Of a stretch of 64,000 bases of DNA, positions 49,442 through 59,400 are shown in pieces. Positions within the stretch are counted from its first letter, which is position 1, and every line of letters starts with the position of its first letter. The translations under genes and the position numbers were made by a program. Under the pieces are notes generated by a model. It was not told the origin of the DNA. It saw only the letters and a program-made list of their open reading frames with translations, and made no database searches. Source of the stretch: an uncultured Acidobacteriota bacterium (GTDB taxonomy: Bacteria > Acidobacteriota > Polarisedimenticolia > J045); the NCBI GenBank assembly GCA_963702425.1, contig CAVPCQ010000040.1, positions 64,001 to 128,000 of the forward strand, read 5' to 3'.

Positions 49442-52141
49442 TCACTTCGAAGGCGGGCCCTCGAGCACGTCGAGCGCCAGCATCTCGCCATTCCTGTTGA
49501 AGACGACCGACTGCGCCTCCTCAGGCATCTTGAATTTGAAGGGCGTGACCTCCCCCTCGACGACGATCGGGACCGCCGCCTCGCGGCCGCCCCGGAACGT
49601 CACCGTGAGCGGCACCTTGCCGCGGAAGAAGACGCCGTCCACGGCGTGCTTCTTCAGCCCGACGACGGTGCGCTGGTGGATCGTCCCTTCGATCAACCAC
49701 TTCCCGTCCTCGGTCGCCCGCTGCTTCCACTCGACCCGGTACTCGGGGAGGCCGATCCCGCGGACCCACTGGTCGAAGAACCAGTCCATCCGGCCGCCGT
49801 AGACCTTCTCGGCCACCTTCTGCAGCTCGCGCGTCGTGACTTCCTTGCCGGCGAGCTGCTGCGCCATCTCGCGCAGGTAGAGCTTCATCTTCTCGTCGCC
49901 GAACGTCATGCGCAGGACGTGGAAGGCGTACGGGCCCTTGTTGTAGACCGCCGTCTGGTAGCCGCGCCAGCCGTCTCCGCTCCAGAGCGTGCTCGCGTCC
50001 TGGACACTGCTCATCAAGTCGGTCTCGAGCACGGCGCGGCGCCAGGACTCGACGTGGTCATCGTAGACCTTCCTGCCGTACTTGGCCTCCATGAACAGTG
50101 CCGACGAGAATTCGGCGAGGCTCTCGATGAACCAGTAGCTGCGGTCGTTGGCGTTGGCGATCAGCGAGCCCCACCACTGGTGCGCCACCTCGTGCGGCAC
50201 GACCGATTTGACGAAATAGGTGATGCCGGCGCCGCCCATCGTGCCGAGCGTCCCCTCGCCGCGGAAGACGCCGCTGCCGAGGTAGACGATCGAGCTGGGC
50301 GCCTGGCCGTAGAACGAGCCGAACGGGTCGTTGACGAGATCGAGCTTGGAATAGGGGTAGTCGACGCCGTAGACGTCGCGGTAGAAGTTGAGCGACTCCG
50401 CGGCCTGGTCCGCGAGGGGCTGGAGCTGCTTGGGGCGGATCTCCCAGTCGGTGATCGAGTTCTTGTCGACGAAGATCCGGACCGGGATCTTCGTCCCGTC
50501 CAGCCGGGTGGCCTGGACCGACGACTCCGCCTGCTCGTAGATCCCGAAGATGACGGTCGGGAACTCGACCGGGGCCTGGGCCCGGTAACGCGTGATCGAA
50601 ACCCCGTCCTCGACCTTCGACTCGACCGCCCGGCAGATGCCGAGCGTCGTGTACTTCGCCGGGACCTTCACCGTGAGGTCGAAGTCCGGGATCATGTCGC
50701 CGAAGCGGACGAGCGGCAGCCACCCGCCGCGCGCCACGTACGAGAACGACCAGTTGTAGTTGTAGATCGAGCGCTTGGCGTCGAACTGGATCCGCAGCGT
50801 CAGGTCCGACCCCGCCGGCACCTTGCGACCGAGCAGCACGAGGCCCGACATCGGCCCGGTCTTGGCCCAGGTCAGCTCGCGCCCGTCGCCGTCCTGCAGG
50901 GAGTTGATGATCAGGGTCGGGCTCTTCAGGTCCTTCGCTTCGGTCTGGGCGCGCAGCCGGACGATGAAGACCGGCAGCCGCTCGATCTCGCGCTTGATCT
51001 TCAGCCGGTAGGTGAGGTCTCCCGACGTGTCCTGGGGGTCGACGAGGGCCAGCTCGACCGTCCCGGAGAGCCCTTCGATCTGGAAGTCGCGGGAGGCGGC
51101 GTCGTCCCGGCGTTCGAGGTCCCACGGGGTGACGCCGGCGGCACGCGTCGCCTCGCTCGGGTAGGCGTAGAGAACGCCGCGCCCGACGACGCCGAAGCTC
51201 ACCTCGAGCGGGTCCCACTCGTCGTAGCCGAGCCAGGCCCAGTGCTCGCCCGTCGAACGCCGCACGGACGCGGTCCAGTAGCGGTGCCCCGGCTCCGGCA
51301 GCACCCGGAAGAAGGAGAAGGGGTCCTCGCGCAGCCGCTGGTCGCGCTCGCGGCGGGCCTCGTCGAGGAACTTCGTCAGGGTGGCGGACGCAGCGTCCTT
51401 CTCGATCGGCCGCGAACCCGTGAACGCCGCGTCGAGGATCTCCTTGCAGGAGGCGGGATCGCACCCGATCCGGACCATGGTCGGAGTGAAGACGATGTCG
51501 TCCTCGTGGATCGTCTTGACGATCTCGTGGACGCGCGGGAAGGGGCCCCATCCGGCAGGCGGCTCGTAGGCGTACTCGATCGCCTCGGCCGCGATCGTGA
51601 TCGAGGACAGCTCGCCGTGCAGGAGGTCCTTGTAGGCGGTCCCCTTCGCAGCTCTCAGGCGCATCCCCTCGCGCTCGAAGACGAACATGTCGAACGCGAA
51701 GTAGACCTCGTCCCCGATGTCGCCGCGATGCAGGCCGGTCCAGCTGTCGTCAACCTTCTCGGCGGTCACCTTGAAGCCGTCGCCGCCGGGCGCGGGCCCC
51801 AGGGTGAGGAGCAGCCGCTCGGTGCGCAGCGAGTTCCCCTCGATCGTATCGCGGTGGTAGGTCACCTGAAACGTCCCGTCACCGACCGGCCGGAACGAAC
51901 GCGAATGGGTGCCGCGCTTGCTCGGCTTCTCGTCCGCGTTCTGGACCTTGACGAGCTGCTCGGTGTAGGCCTGCACCGCCTTCTCGAGCCGCTGCTGCGT
52001 CTCCTTCGGGATCGCGGCCGGCGCGGCGGTCTCAGCCGCGAGGGCCGCCCCGAGAGCGGCCACCCCGAGCATGAGAGCGCACGCCGCGACGCACCAGCGG
52101 GCCAGATCGGGCAAACGGCGCGTGGGACGGACGATGCTCAT
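49442..52141 (-). CDS. Secreted M1 family zinc aminopeptidase
   Basis: PHEVAHQWWG...WFIESLAEF (HEXXH-X18-E), YNKG, FFDQWV; signal peptide. Confidence 0.9.
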   Translation of the reverse strand: MSIVRPTRRLPDLARWCVAACALMLGVAALGAALAAETAAPAAIPKETQQRLEKAVQAYTEQLVKVQNADEKPSKRGTHSRSFRPVGDGTFQVTYHRDTIEGNSLRTERLLLTLGPAPGGDGFKVTAEKVDDSWTGLHRGDIGDEVYFAFDMFVFEREGMRLRAAKGTAYKDLLHGELSSITIAAEAIEYAYEPPAGWGPFPRVHEIVKTIHEDDIVFTPTMVRIGCDPASCKEILDAAFTGSRPIEKDAASATLTKFLDEARRERDQRLREDPFSFFRVLPEPGHRYWTASVRRSTGEHWAWLGYDEWDPLEVSFGVVGRGVLYAYPSEATRAAGVTPWDLERRDDAASRDFQIEGLSGTVELALVDPQDTSGDLTYRLKIKREIERLPVFIVRLRAQTEAKDLKSPTLIINSLQDGDGRELTWAKTGPMSGLVLLGRKVPAGSDLTLRIQFDAKRSIYNYNWSFSYVARGGWLPLVRFGDMIPDFDLTVKVPAKYTTLGICRAVESKVEDGVSITRYRAQAPVEFPTVIFGIYEQAESSVQATRLDGTKIPVRIFVDKNSITDWEIRPKQLQPLADQAAESLNFYRDVYGVDYPYSKLDLVNDPFGSFYGQAPSSIVYLGSGVFRGEGTLGTMGGAGITYFVKSVVPHEVAHQWWGSLIANANDRSYWFIESLAEFSSALFMEAKYGRKVYDDHVESWRRAVLETDLMSSVQDASTLWSGDGWRGYQTAVYNKGPYAFHVLRMTFGDEKMKLYLREMAQQLAGKEVTTRELQKVAEKVYGGRMDWFFDQWVRGIGLPEYRVEWKQRATEDGKWLIEGTIHQRTVVGLKKHAVDGVFFRGKVPLTVTFRGGREAAVPIVVEGEVTPFKFKMPEEAQSVVFNRNGEMLALDVLEGPPSK

Positions 52142-52327
52142 CGCGGGACCTCCCCACGGGAAGCCGCAGGCTCGACCCGGCACCGGCCGCGGTGCGATCC
52201 GCGAGCTCCCCGGCTTGTTCGTTGCCATTCTACGCCCGGGACTATGGGGCGCTGTCAGGGGCGACGGCAAGGCCGCGGCGACTGGCCGGCACCGCCGCTC
52301 GGGGACGGCGTCAAGAAGGTCGACAGG

Positions 52328-52415
52328 AAACGGCGCCGCGTTGCGGCAACATCAAGAAGAAAGGGCGCCGCGATGCGGCAACATCAAGAAAAAAGGGCGC
52401 CGCGTTGCGGCGCCC
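52328..52415. repeat. About 2.7 tandem copies of a 32-bp hairpin-containing unit
   Basis: aaaSggcgccgcgWtgcggcaacatcaagaaR units starting at 52328, 52360 and 52392. Confidence 0.85.
52389..52415 (-). terminator. Rho-independent terminator of the cold-shock gene
   Basis: Minus strand GGGCGCCGC-AAC-GCGGCGCCC-TTTTTT, 27 nt after the stop codon. Confidence 0.85.
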
Positions 52416-52442
52416 TGGGGTGTGCTTGGTTGGGAAGCCGGC

Positions 52443-52646
52443 TCAGCCGAGCTTCTTGACCTGGCTGGCCTGCGGGCCCTTCTGGCCCTGCGTGATCGTG
52501 AACTCGACCTTCTCGCCCTCGGAGAGCGAGCGGAAGCCGGAGCCAACGATCTCGGTGTGGTGGACGAAGAGGTCCGGGCCGTTCTCCTGCGTGATGAACC
52601 CGTAACCCTTCGCGTCGTTGAACCACTTTACGGTACCGGTAGGCAT
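52443..52646 (-). CDS. cspA: Cold-shock protein (CspA family)
   Basis: [27 protein letters not shown]; AGGAG RBS. Confidence 0.97.
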   Translation of the reverse strand: MPTGTVKWFNDAKGYGFITQENGPDLFVHHTEIVGSGFRSLSEGEKVEFTITQGQKGPQASQVKKLG

Positions 52647-52863
52647 CTTTACTGCTCCTGTCTCTGATCGCGGAGCGCCTCGGGCGCAACCGCCGGTCTA
52701 TTGGCGGACCCTCGCGTTACCCGGAAGCGCACTATGCAACCACCGGTGGTGTTTGGGACTGCCACATACCTGCAAAGTATGAACGAATCCTGGCCCCGGC
52801 GCCATCCCCGGAAAGTGTTACCCTTCCGCGGGGCCGGTTTCTGCCCCCCCGAGGCCCCCCAGG

Positions 52864-53985
52864 ATGACTGCCGGACCCGCCCCCGCCGCCCCCGGAACAG
52901 ACCCCCCCCGTCCGCTGAAGTTCGCGCCCCCCGCGGGGTTTCACGCGGAACTGAGGGCCCGGGCGGCCGAGTATTTCGCCCGGGCCGGGCGGGCCCCCCG
53001 CGGCGGGTTCCGGATGTACCTGGACGCCGCGGTGGTCGCCGCTTGGGCTGCCGGGTCCTACCTGGGCCTGGTCTTCCTGGCCGGCAGCTGGTGGCAGGTC
53101 GTCCTCGCCGCCCTCTCGCTGGCCTGCGCGGTCGCCGCGATCGGCTTCAAGATCCAGCACGACGGCGGACACGGCGCCTTCTCGGAACTGAAGTGGGTGA
53201 ACCGCCTGACCGCGATGACGCTCGACGCGATCGGCGGCAGCTCGTACGTCTGGCGCTTCAAGCACAACATCCTGCACCACAGCTACACCAATCTCGCCGG
53301 CGTTGACGACGACATCGACCTGGGCGTGCTCGGCCGGCTCTCGCCGGCGCATCGCCGCCTCTGGTTCCACCGGTTCCAGCACCTCTACATCTGGCCGCTC
53401 TACACGACCGTCGCTCTGAAGTGGCAGCTCGTTGACGATTTCGTCCGCATCGCCCGCGGCCGGATCGGACCCCAGCGTTTCCCGCGCCCGCGCGGCTGGG
53501 ACCTGGTCGGCGTCATCGGCGGCAAGACCTTCGCGATCTCGCTCGCGCTCGTCGTTCCGGCGCTCTTCCATCCGCTCTGGATCGTGCTGGTCGTCTATCT
53601 CGCGACGATGATGGCGATCGGGTTCCTGCTGGCAGTCGTGTTCCAGCTGGCCCACAGCGTGAGGGAGGCGGCGCATCCCGCCCCGCCGCCGGACGCAGAG
53701 CGTATCGACACCGAGTGGGCCGTGCACCAGGTCCAGACGACCGTGGACTTCGCGCGCGCCAATCCCGTGCTGACGTGGCTCCTTGGCGGCCTCAACTTCC
53801 AGGTCGTGCATCACCTCTTCCCGCGGGTCTCCCACGTGCACTATCCCGCGCTGGCGCGAATCGTCGAGGAGGTCAGCGCGCGGCACGGCGTGCGCTACGT
53901 GGCGCACCGCTCCTTCCTGGGAGCCATCGCGTCGCACTTCCTCTTTCTGCGGGAGATGGGGCGCTCGCCGTCCGCGGCCGCCTGA
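52864..53985 (+). CDS. Membrane fatty acid (acyl-CoA, delta-6-like) desaturase
   Basis: His boxes HDGGH, HNILHH and QVVHH; HQVQTT, GGLNFQ. Confidence 0.93.
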   Translation: MTAGPAPAAPGTDPPRPLKFAPPAGFHAELRARAAEYFARAGRAPRGGFRMYLDAAVVAAWAAGSYLGLVFLAGSWWQVVLAALSLACAVAAIGFKIQHDGGHGAFSELKWVNRLTAMTLDAIGGSSYVWRFKHNILHHSYTNLAGVDDDIDLGVLGRLSPAHRRLWFHRFQHLYIWPLYTTVALKWQLVDDFVRIARGRIGPQRFPRPRGWDLVGVIGGKTFAISLALVVPALFHPLWIVLVVYLATMMAIGFLLAVVFQLAHSVREAAHPAPPPDAERIDTEWAVHQVQTTVDFARANPVLTWLLGGLNFQVVHHLFPRVSHVHYPALARIVEEVSARHGVRYVAHRSFLGAIASHFLFLREMGRSPSAAA

Positions 53986-53995
53986 AGCGCGGCGG

Positions 53996-54241
53996 TCACT
54001 TGCGGCGCATGCCGCGCGTGTAGACCTTCCCCTGGATGATCTTGTGCGCCGGAGCGCCGCCGACCATCCGGGGCCGTGCGAACTCCTGGCCGCAGCCGGG
54101 GCATCGCATGTCGCCTTCCGTGTGATCTTCCGCGATCCGCTCGACGAGACACTTGACGAGGCCACCGCTACCCCCCTTCCGGTAGCGGTAGATCAGCGCG
54201 CCGCAGGCGCGGCAGTGGATCGCTATCGTCCGGAAGTCCAC
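53996..54241 (-). CDS. Small Zn-ribbon protein
   Basis: CRAC..YRYRKGGSGGLVKC...CPGC. Confidence 0.7.
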   Translation of the reverse strand: MDFRTIAIHCRACGALIYRYRKGGSGGLVKCLVERIAEDHTEGDMRCPGCGQEFARPRMVGGAPAHKIIQGKVYTRGMRRK

Positions 54242-54260
54242 GTCCGCCGGGCCGGTCCGT

Positions 54261-55112
54261 TCATGACGATCCGGTCCGGGCGGGCGATGACGGTGCGTCG
54301 GGACCGGCGGCCGGCGCCGCGCTGGCCTTGGCGTAGCGCTCGACGACGGCGACGGCGATCAGGCTGTCGAGGTGCAGGACCTCGCTGGCCCCCGCGTGCC
54401 TGAACCACTTGTCCCCGCCCGACGCGGGCGAGAGGACCGAGATGTAGAGGTTCGGCCCGAGGGCGCGGGCCATCAGCGTCATGGACAGACGGCGACCGAT
54501 CTCTCCCGGCTCGGCAACCTCGATCAGCATCGCTTTCGCCGAGTCGACCCGCGCCGCCTGAAGGGTCTCCTCGTGCTCCGCCATGCCCCGCACGACGAGA
54601 AAGCCGGCGGCGGCGGCCGACTCCGCAGCCTCCTCTCCGTCGTCGACAATCAGCACGGTCTCGCCCCGTTCCCGGAGCTGGCCGGCCACCAGAGCGCCGA
54701 TCGCCCCGAACCCCGCCACGATCACGTGCCCGGAGAGCTGGTCCAGTCTCTTTTCCATTCTTCGGTTCTCCCGGAACGTGACCACTTCCGGCGACGAGAG
54801 GATGCCGGCGAGGCTCGAGACGGAGTAAGTGCCGACGGCGAGGAGCACGATCATGAAGACCATGAGGAAGAACTTCTGTCGCAGGTCCAGGTCGGTATAG
54901 TCGCCCATCGTCGTGAGCGTGTTGACGGTGTTCCAGAGCGCATTGGTCACGCGGTGGAAGGTCGACTGCGATTGGTCGTCCAGCAGGTAGAGGCCCACGG
55001 TGGCGAACGCAGCGACCGTCAGGAGCAGCCCCGCCACGTTCTTCACCGTGCGGATCAGTTGGCCGTAGCGCTCGGGCCCGCCCTGGGTGGCGAAGACGCG
55101 ATAGATCGGCAT
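54261..55112 (-). CDS. 2TM/P ion channel with TrkA-N (RCK) domain and non-canonical filter TTMGDY
   Basis: TM1, pore helix ALWNTVNTLTTMGDY, TM2, then HVIVAGFGAIG Rossmann fold. Confidence 0.85.
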   Translation of the reverse strand: MPIYRVFATQGGPERYGQLIRTVKNVAGLLLTVAAFATVGLYLLDDQSQSTFHRVTNALWNTVNTLTTMGDYTDLDLRQKFFLMVFMIVLLAVGTYSVSSLAGILSSPEVVTFRENRRMEKRLDQLSGHVIVAGFGAIGALVAGQLRERGETVLIVDDGEEAAESAAAAGFLVVRGMAEHEETLQAARVDSAKAMLIEVAEPGEIGRRLSMTLMARALGPNLYISVLSPASGGDKWFRHAGASEVLHLDSLIAVAVVERYAKASAAPAAGPDAPSSPARTGSS

Positions 55113-55225
55113 GGCGCCATTCTGGGGCGGGCCGCATCGCCGTGTCGACGGGTTCTGGCGCGCCGGCCAGCCCCCCGTATCATGGCGTCTCCGCACCGGG
55201 CCGACCCGGCGGGAAGAGGGCGTCC

Positions 55226-55699
55226 GTGACGAAACTCCGCCGAGGATCCCGCCCGCAGGCTGCTGCCCGGACCATCCGGGCGGCTTCCGTCCTGCTCGGC
55301 CTGCTGCCGGCCCTGCTGTTCGCCTTCGCCTGCGGACCGGAGATCCCCGACTTCCCGCATCCCCAGTCGCTCGCGGAAGCGAAGACCGACGCCGCAGCGC
55401 GCGGGGTCCCGATCCTGATCGACTTCTACACACCCGGGTGAGGCGCCTGCAAGTCGTTCACCCGTGAGGTGAGCCACAACGAAGCCCTGCGCGACGCGCT
55501 GCAGAACAAGGTCGCCTTCGTCAAGGTCAACGCGAACACGCGCGATGGCGGCCCGGTGGCGATGTCCTACGGAGCGTCCGGCGTCCCCTTCTTCGTGCTG
55601 GCCGACGCAGCAGGCAAACCGCTCGCCTCATGGAGCGGCTACATCGGGCCGAAGCGCTTCACCGAGCAGCTCGAGAAGGGTCTGGCGCGGGCGCGCTGA
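55226..55699 (+). CDS. Thioredoxin-like lipoprotein with UxxC motif (probable selenoprotein; UGA at 55439-55441)
   Basis: ORFs 55142..55441 and 55469..55699 are in the same frame and read ILIDFYTPG-U-GAC-KSF...VKVN...GVPFFV across a single TGA. Lipobox FAFA-C. Confidence 0.85.
55456..55474 (+). other. Candidate bacterial SECIS hairpin
   Basis: Stem GUUCACC/GGUGAGC with loop CGUGA; the loop begins 21 nt after the UGA, with G at loop position 2. Confidence 0.65.
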
Positions 55700-55779
55700 C
55701 TAACTCGGCCCGCACTTCGGGTGAACGCTCCCCTCGTGTACGCTCGCGCGGTCCTCCCCCCCTGGAAGGAGACCGCGCG

Positions 55780-56358
55780 ATGCCCGAGATCTGCGGTACC
55801 GAAACCGAGAAGAACCTGCTCAAGGCCTTCGCCGGCGAGTCGCAGGCGAGGAACCGCTACACGATGTTCGCCAAGGCCGCGATCAAGGAAGGATACGAGC
55901 AGATCGGCGCGATCTTCCTCGAGACCGCGGACAACGAGCGGGTCCACGCCCGGCTCTTCTTCGACCACCTGAAGAGCGGCGAGGACCTCGAGATCACGGC
56001 CGCCTACCCGGCCGGCCGTGTCGGAACCACCGCCGAGAACCTGCTGGCCGCGGCAGCCGGGGAGAAGCTGGAGTGGAGCGCCCTCTATCCCGGCTTCGCC
56101 GACATCGCCGAGCGCGAGGGCTTCCCCGCCGTGGCCGGCACCTTCCGCGAGGTGAGCCAGGTCGAGGCCTGGCATGAGACGCGCTACCGCCGCCTTGCCG
56201 CCCGCGTGCAGGAGGGGACGGTCTTCCTGCGCACGGCGCCCCAGCGCTGGAAGTGCCGCGAGTGCGGCTACGTCCACGAGGGGACCGAGCCGCCGAAGGT
56301 CTGCCCGTGCTGCAAGCACGCGCGGGCTTTCTACGAGATCTACGCCGAGAACTACTGA
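55780..56358 (+). CDS. rbr: Rubrerythrin
   Basis: NLLKAFAGESQARNRY, ETADNERVHA, AAAGE, VEAWH, WKCRECGY...CPCC. Confidence 0.97.
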   Translation: MPEICGTETEKNLLKAFAGESQARNRYTMFAKAAIKEGYEQIGAIFLETADNERVHARLFFDHLKSGEDLEITAAYPAGRVGTTAENLLAAAAGEKLEWSALYPGFADIAEREGFPAVAGTFREVSQVEAWHETRYRRLAARVQEGTVFLRTAPQRWKCRECGYVHEGTEPPKVCPCCKHARAFYEIYAENY

Positions 56359-56425
56359 GGCACCGAATTGCGAGGGTGGGGACGGCCCGGCCGCGGGCCG
56401 CCCCCTGCCAGTCCGACCCCTCCCG

Positions 56426-59400
56426 CTACCGCAGGATCCCTCCGTTGGCGACGTTGTTCGACTCGTTGGTCTCCGCGACCGAGTCCGCGGGGTCGACGAC
56501 TCCCAGCAGGTAGAGGCCGGCCGCGGTGTACCCCGTGGGGACCTTGAAGTTCAGCTTGAATGCCTTCTTCGCCCGCGGCTTGAGCGCGCTGACGGAGAAG
56601 CTGCTGATCCGGATGTCGTCGCCCGAGGGCGCGCTGTCGACCGACACCAGGGCCCATGCCTGGGTCGAACTCGAGTTCACCGTACCGTTGTTCACGACGG
56701 TGAACTTGCCGGTGATCGTGCAGCGCGTGACCCCCTTCTTGGTCTTGCAGACCTGCCTGGCACCGCGCCACGAGCCGACGAGGTCCGGCCCGGACGTCAG
56801 GCGGATCTCGACTGGGAGCGTCGCCGACCAGCCCGATTCGACGGCTGTGTTCGTCGCCGAGCGGGCCTTGGTGCGCACGCCGTAGGAGCCGCGCGCTCCC
56901 CAGGCGTGCGACGCGCCCGTCGTGCCGACGGGCAGCCAGCCCGAGTTCGTGCCGTCGATCCAATCGAAGAAGTACTGCACCGGGTTCCCCTGGCTGGACG
57001 CGGCGCCGCCCGTCGTGTACGCGAGGGACTGCCCCGGCGCACCGGTGAGAGGCCCAGCGAGCGACGTCGGCGCGGAGACCGTCTCCACCGCCGCCGAGAT
57101 CGTGACGTTCAGTGTCCCCGACCAGTCGGAGACGACGGTCTGAGTCACCGCGCAGCGCGCGCGCACCCTGACCGGATAGCCGCCGGCCGCCGCCCAAGCG
57201 TGCTGCGTCACGACGTCGCCGGCGCCGCCGCCGGAGAGCGCGGCCGCAGCCTGGTCGACACGGATCCGCGGGCGGGTCAGGCCGTTCCGCCCGTCGGTGA
57301 TCGACACGCCCGTGCTCGTGAACGCTGCCAGGACCTCGTCGACCGTCGCGGTGGGTTTCTTCGACTTGAGGACGGCCCACGCCCCGGCGACGTGCGGCGT
57401 CGCCATGGACGTGCCGTCCTTGACGCCGAACCCGCCGCCGGTGACCGACGAGTTGATGTCCGATCCCGGCGCGAGCAACTCGAGCATCGACGCCGAGTTC
57501 GAGAAGCTGGAGACGCCGTCGAATTTCGTCGTCGAGCCGACCGCCACCGCGCTCGAGATGCAGGCCGGGTGGCTGATCGAATCCGTGTAGTAGTTGTTGC
57601 CCGTCGCGATCGCCGTCGCGATGCCGGCCGCGCGCAGATTGTCGATCGCCTGCTTCATCGCCGGGCTCTCGCCGTCGCAGTAGGTGTAGAAGCGCTCGCT
57701 GCCCAGGCTCAAGTTGACGGAAGCGATGGCGAACGCATTCCGCTGGCCGTAGACCCACTCCAGGCCGGCGATGTCGTCGCTGGGGTAGCTGCCCGTTCCG
57801 CCGCCGTTCAGGAGCGAGAAGACCTGGACGGCGATGATCGAAGCCTCCCTGGCGACGCCGGAGAAGGTCGTCCCCTTTCCGGCGGCGATCCCCGCGCAGT
57901 GGGTCCCATGGTCGCACGTCGGATCACTGCACGGCGTCGCGGCCCCGACGCCGATCTGCGTCGCCTGGCCGTTGGGGCAGGCGCTGGTCGTCCCCTGGGC
58001 GGTCGTCGAGAAGCAGGCTTCGGCGACGACCTTGCCGGCCAGGAACGGGTGGTTCCGCTCGACCCCCGTGTCGAGGATGGCGACGGCCTGGCCCGCGCCG
58101 GTGGCACCCGCGGCCCACGCGGCCGGCGCCCCGATCAGCGGCACGCTCTGCTCGAGCGTCATCTCGTGCAGCCGGTCCTCTTCGATCCGCGCGACCTCGG
58201 GGCTGCCGGCCAGCCGTTCCAGCGCGCGCGCGTCGGCCTCGAGCGCCAGCGCCGCCACGAACCGGTAGCGCCGGTGGACCGCGAACGTCTCGCCGGCCAG
58301 GCGCGCGAGCAGCGCCTCCTGCGCCTGCGCGATCCGGTCCTGCTGGGCCAGCGCGGAGGCCGGCGCCATCAGCCCCTCGGGCGCGAACGGCTCGCGGAGC
58401 GTGACGATCACGCGCACGCGCCCCTTCTGGCGCACGATTGGCACGAGCCGCTCGAGATCGGCGCGCGGGTTGCCCGCGGTCTCGACCGGCATGGCCGATC
58501 CGGGCGCGGCCGCGGATGCGAGCAGCCCGTCCGCTCCCGCCAGTCCCGCCGGCGTGATCCAGGTCGACATCGTGCCGTCGCCCCAGTCGAACTGGTACTG
58601 CGACGCCTCGCCCAGGCTGCAGGTGGCGCCACCCGAGCGGTACTCGTAGGCCGTCGCCGGGACGCCGGCGGCCGGGCCGGCCGGCGCACGCGGCGTGGTG
58701 ATCGTGCCGCCCCCGCCGCCGGTGATCGTGACCGTGAGCGATCCCGAGTCGCCGGAGACCTTGGCGGTGTCGGACGCGCAGCGCGCGCGGGCCTTGACCG
58801 GATAGGACCCGTTGTTCGTCCAGGCGTGGCTGGCGGTCACGGTGTTGCCGCCGCCCCCGCCGGTGATCGTGAAGGTCTGCGCGGCGGATGTCCCGCCGCC
58901 CGGCGCCGGCGTGAAGACCGTGACCTGCGCGGTCCCGGCCGTCGCGACGTCGGCCGCGGCGATGATCGCCGTCAGCTGCACGGCGCTGACGAAGCTGGTC
59001 GGCTGGTCGGCGCCGTTCCAGCGCACGACCGAGCCGTTGATGAAGCCGCTGCCGTTCGCTGTGAGGGTGAAGCCCAGCGAGCCGGCCGGTGCGCTCGACG
59101 GCGCGATCCCGGTCAGCACCGGCACCGGATTGCCGCCGCCGCCGCCCGAGGCGAGAACCGCTGCGCGGGCGTCGATTCGACCGGTCCCGGTCTTGTCGTC
59201 CTCACCCGGCGCCCCGATGTCGTCAGCCGTCTGGCGCAGGATCGACTTCACCTCGGCGGGGGTCAGGCTCGGGTTCTTCGAGAGCATCAGCGCGACGATG
59301 CCCGCGGCCTTGGGCGTGGAGGACGAGGTTCCGCCGAACTGGTACTCGTAGTTCGGGTCGACCCCGGTGGCGGCCTGGTCCTGGTTGTAGCCTGCGCTGC

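Noticed and set aside
52328-52415. 32-bp repeats as a mini CRISPR array
   Set aside because: The units are contiguous with no spacers, no cas genes are nearby, and they match a terminator.
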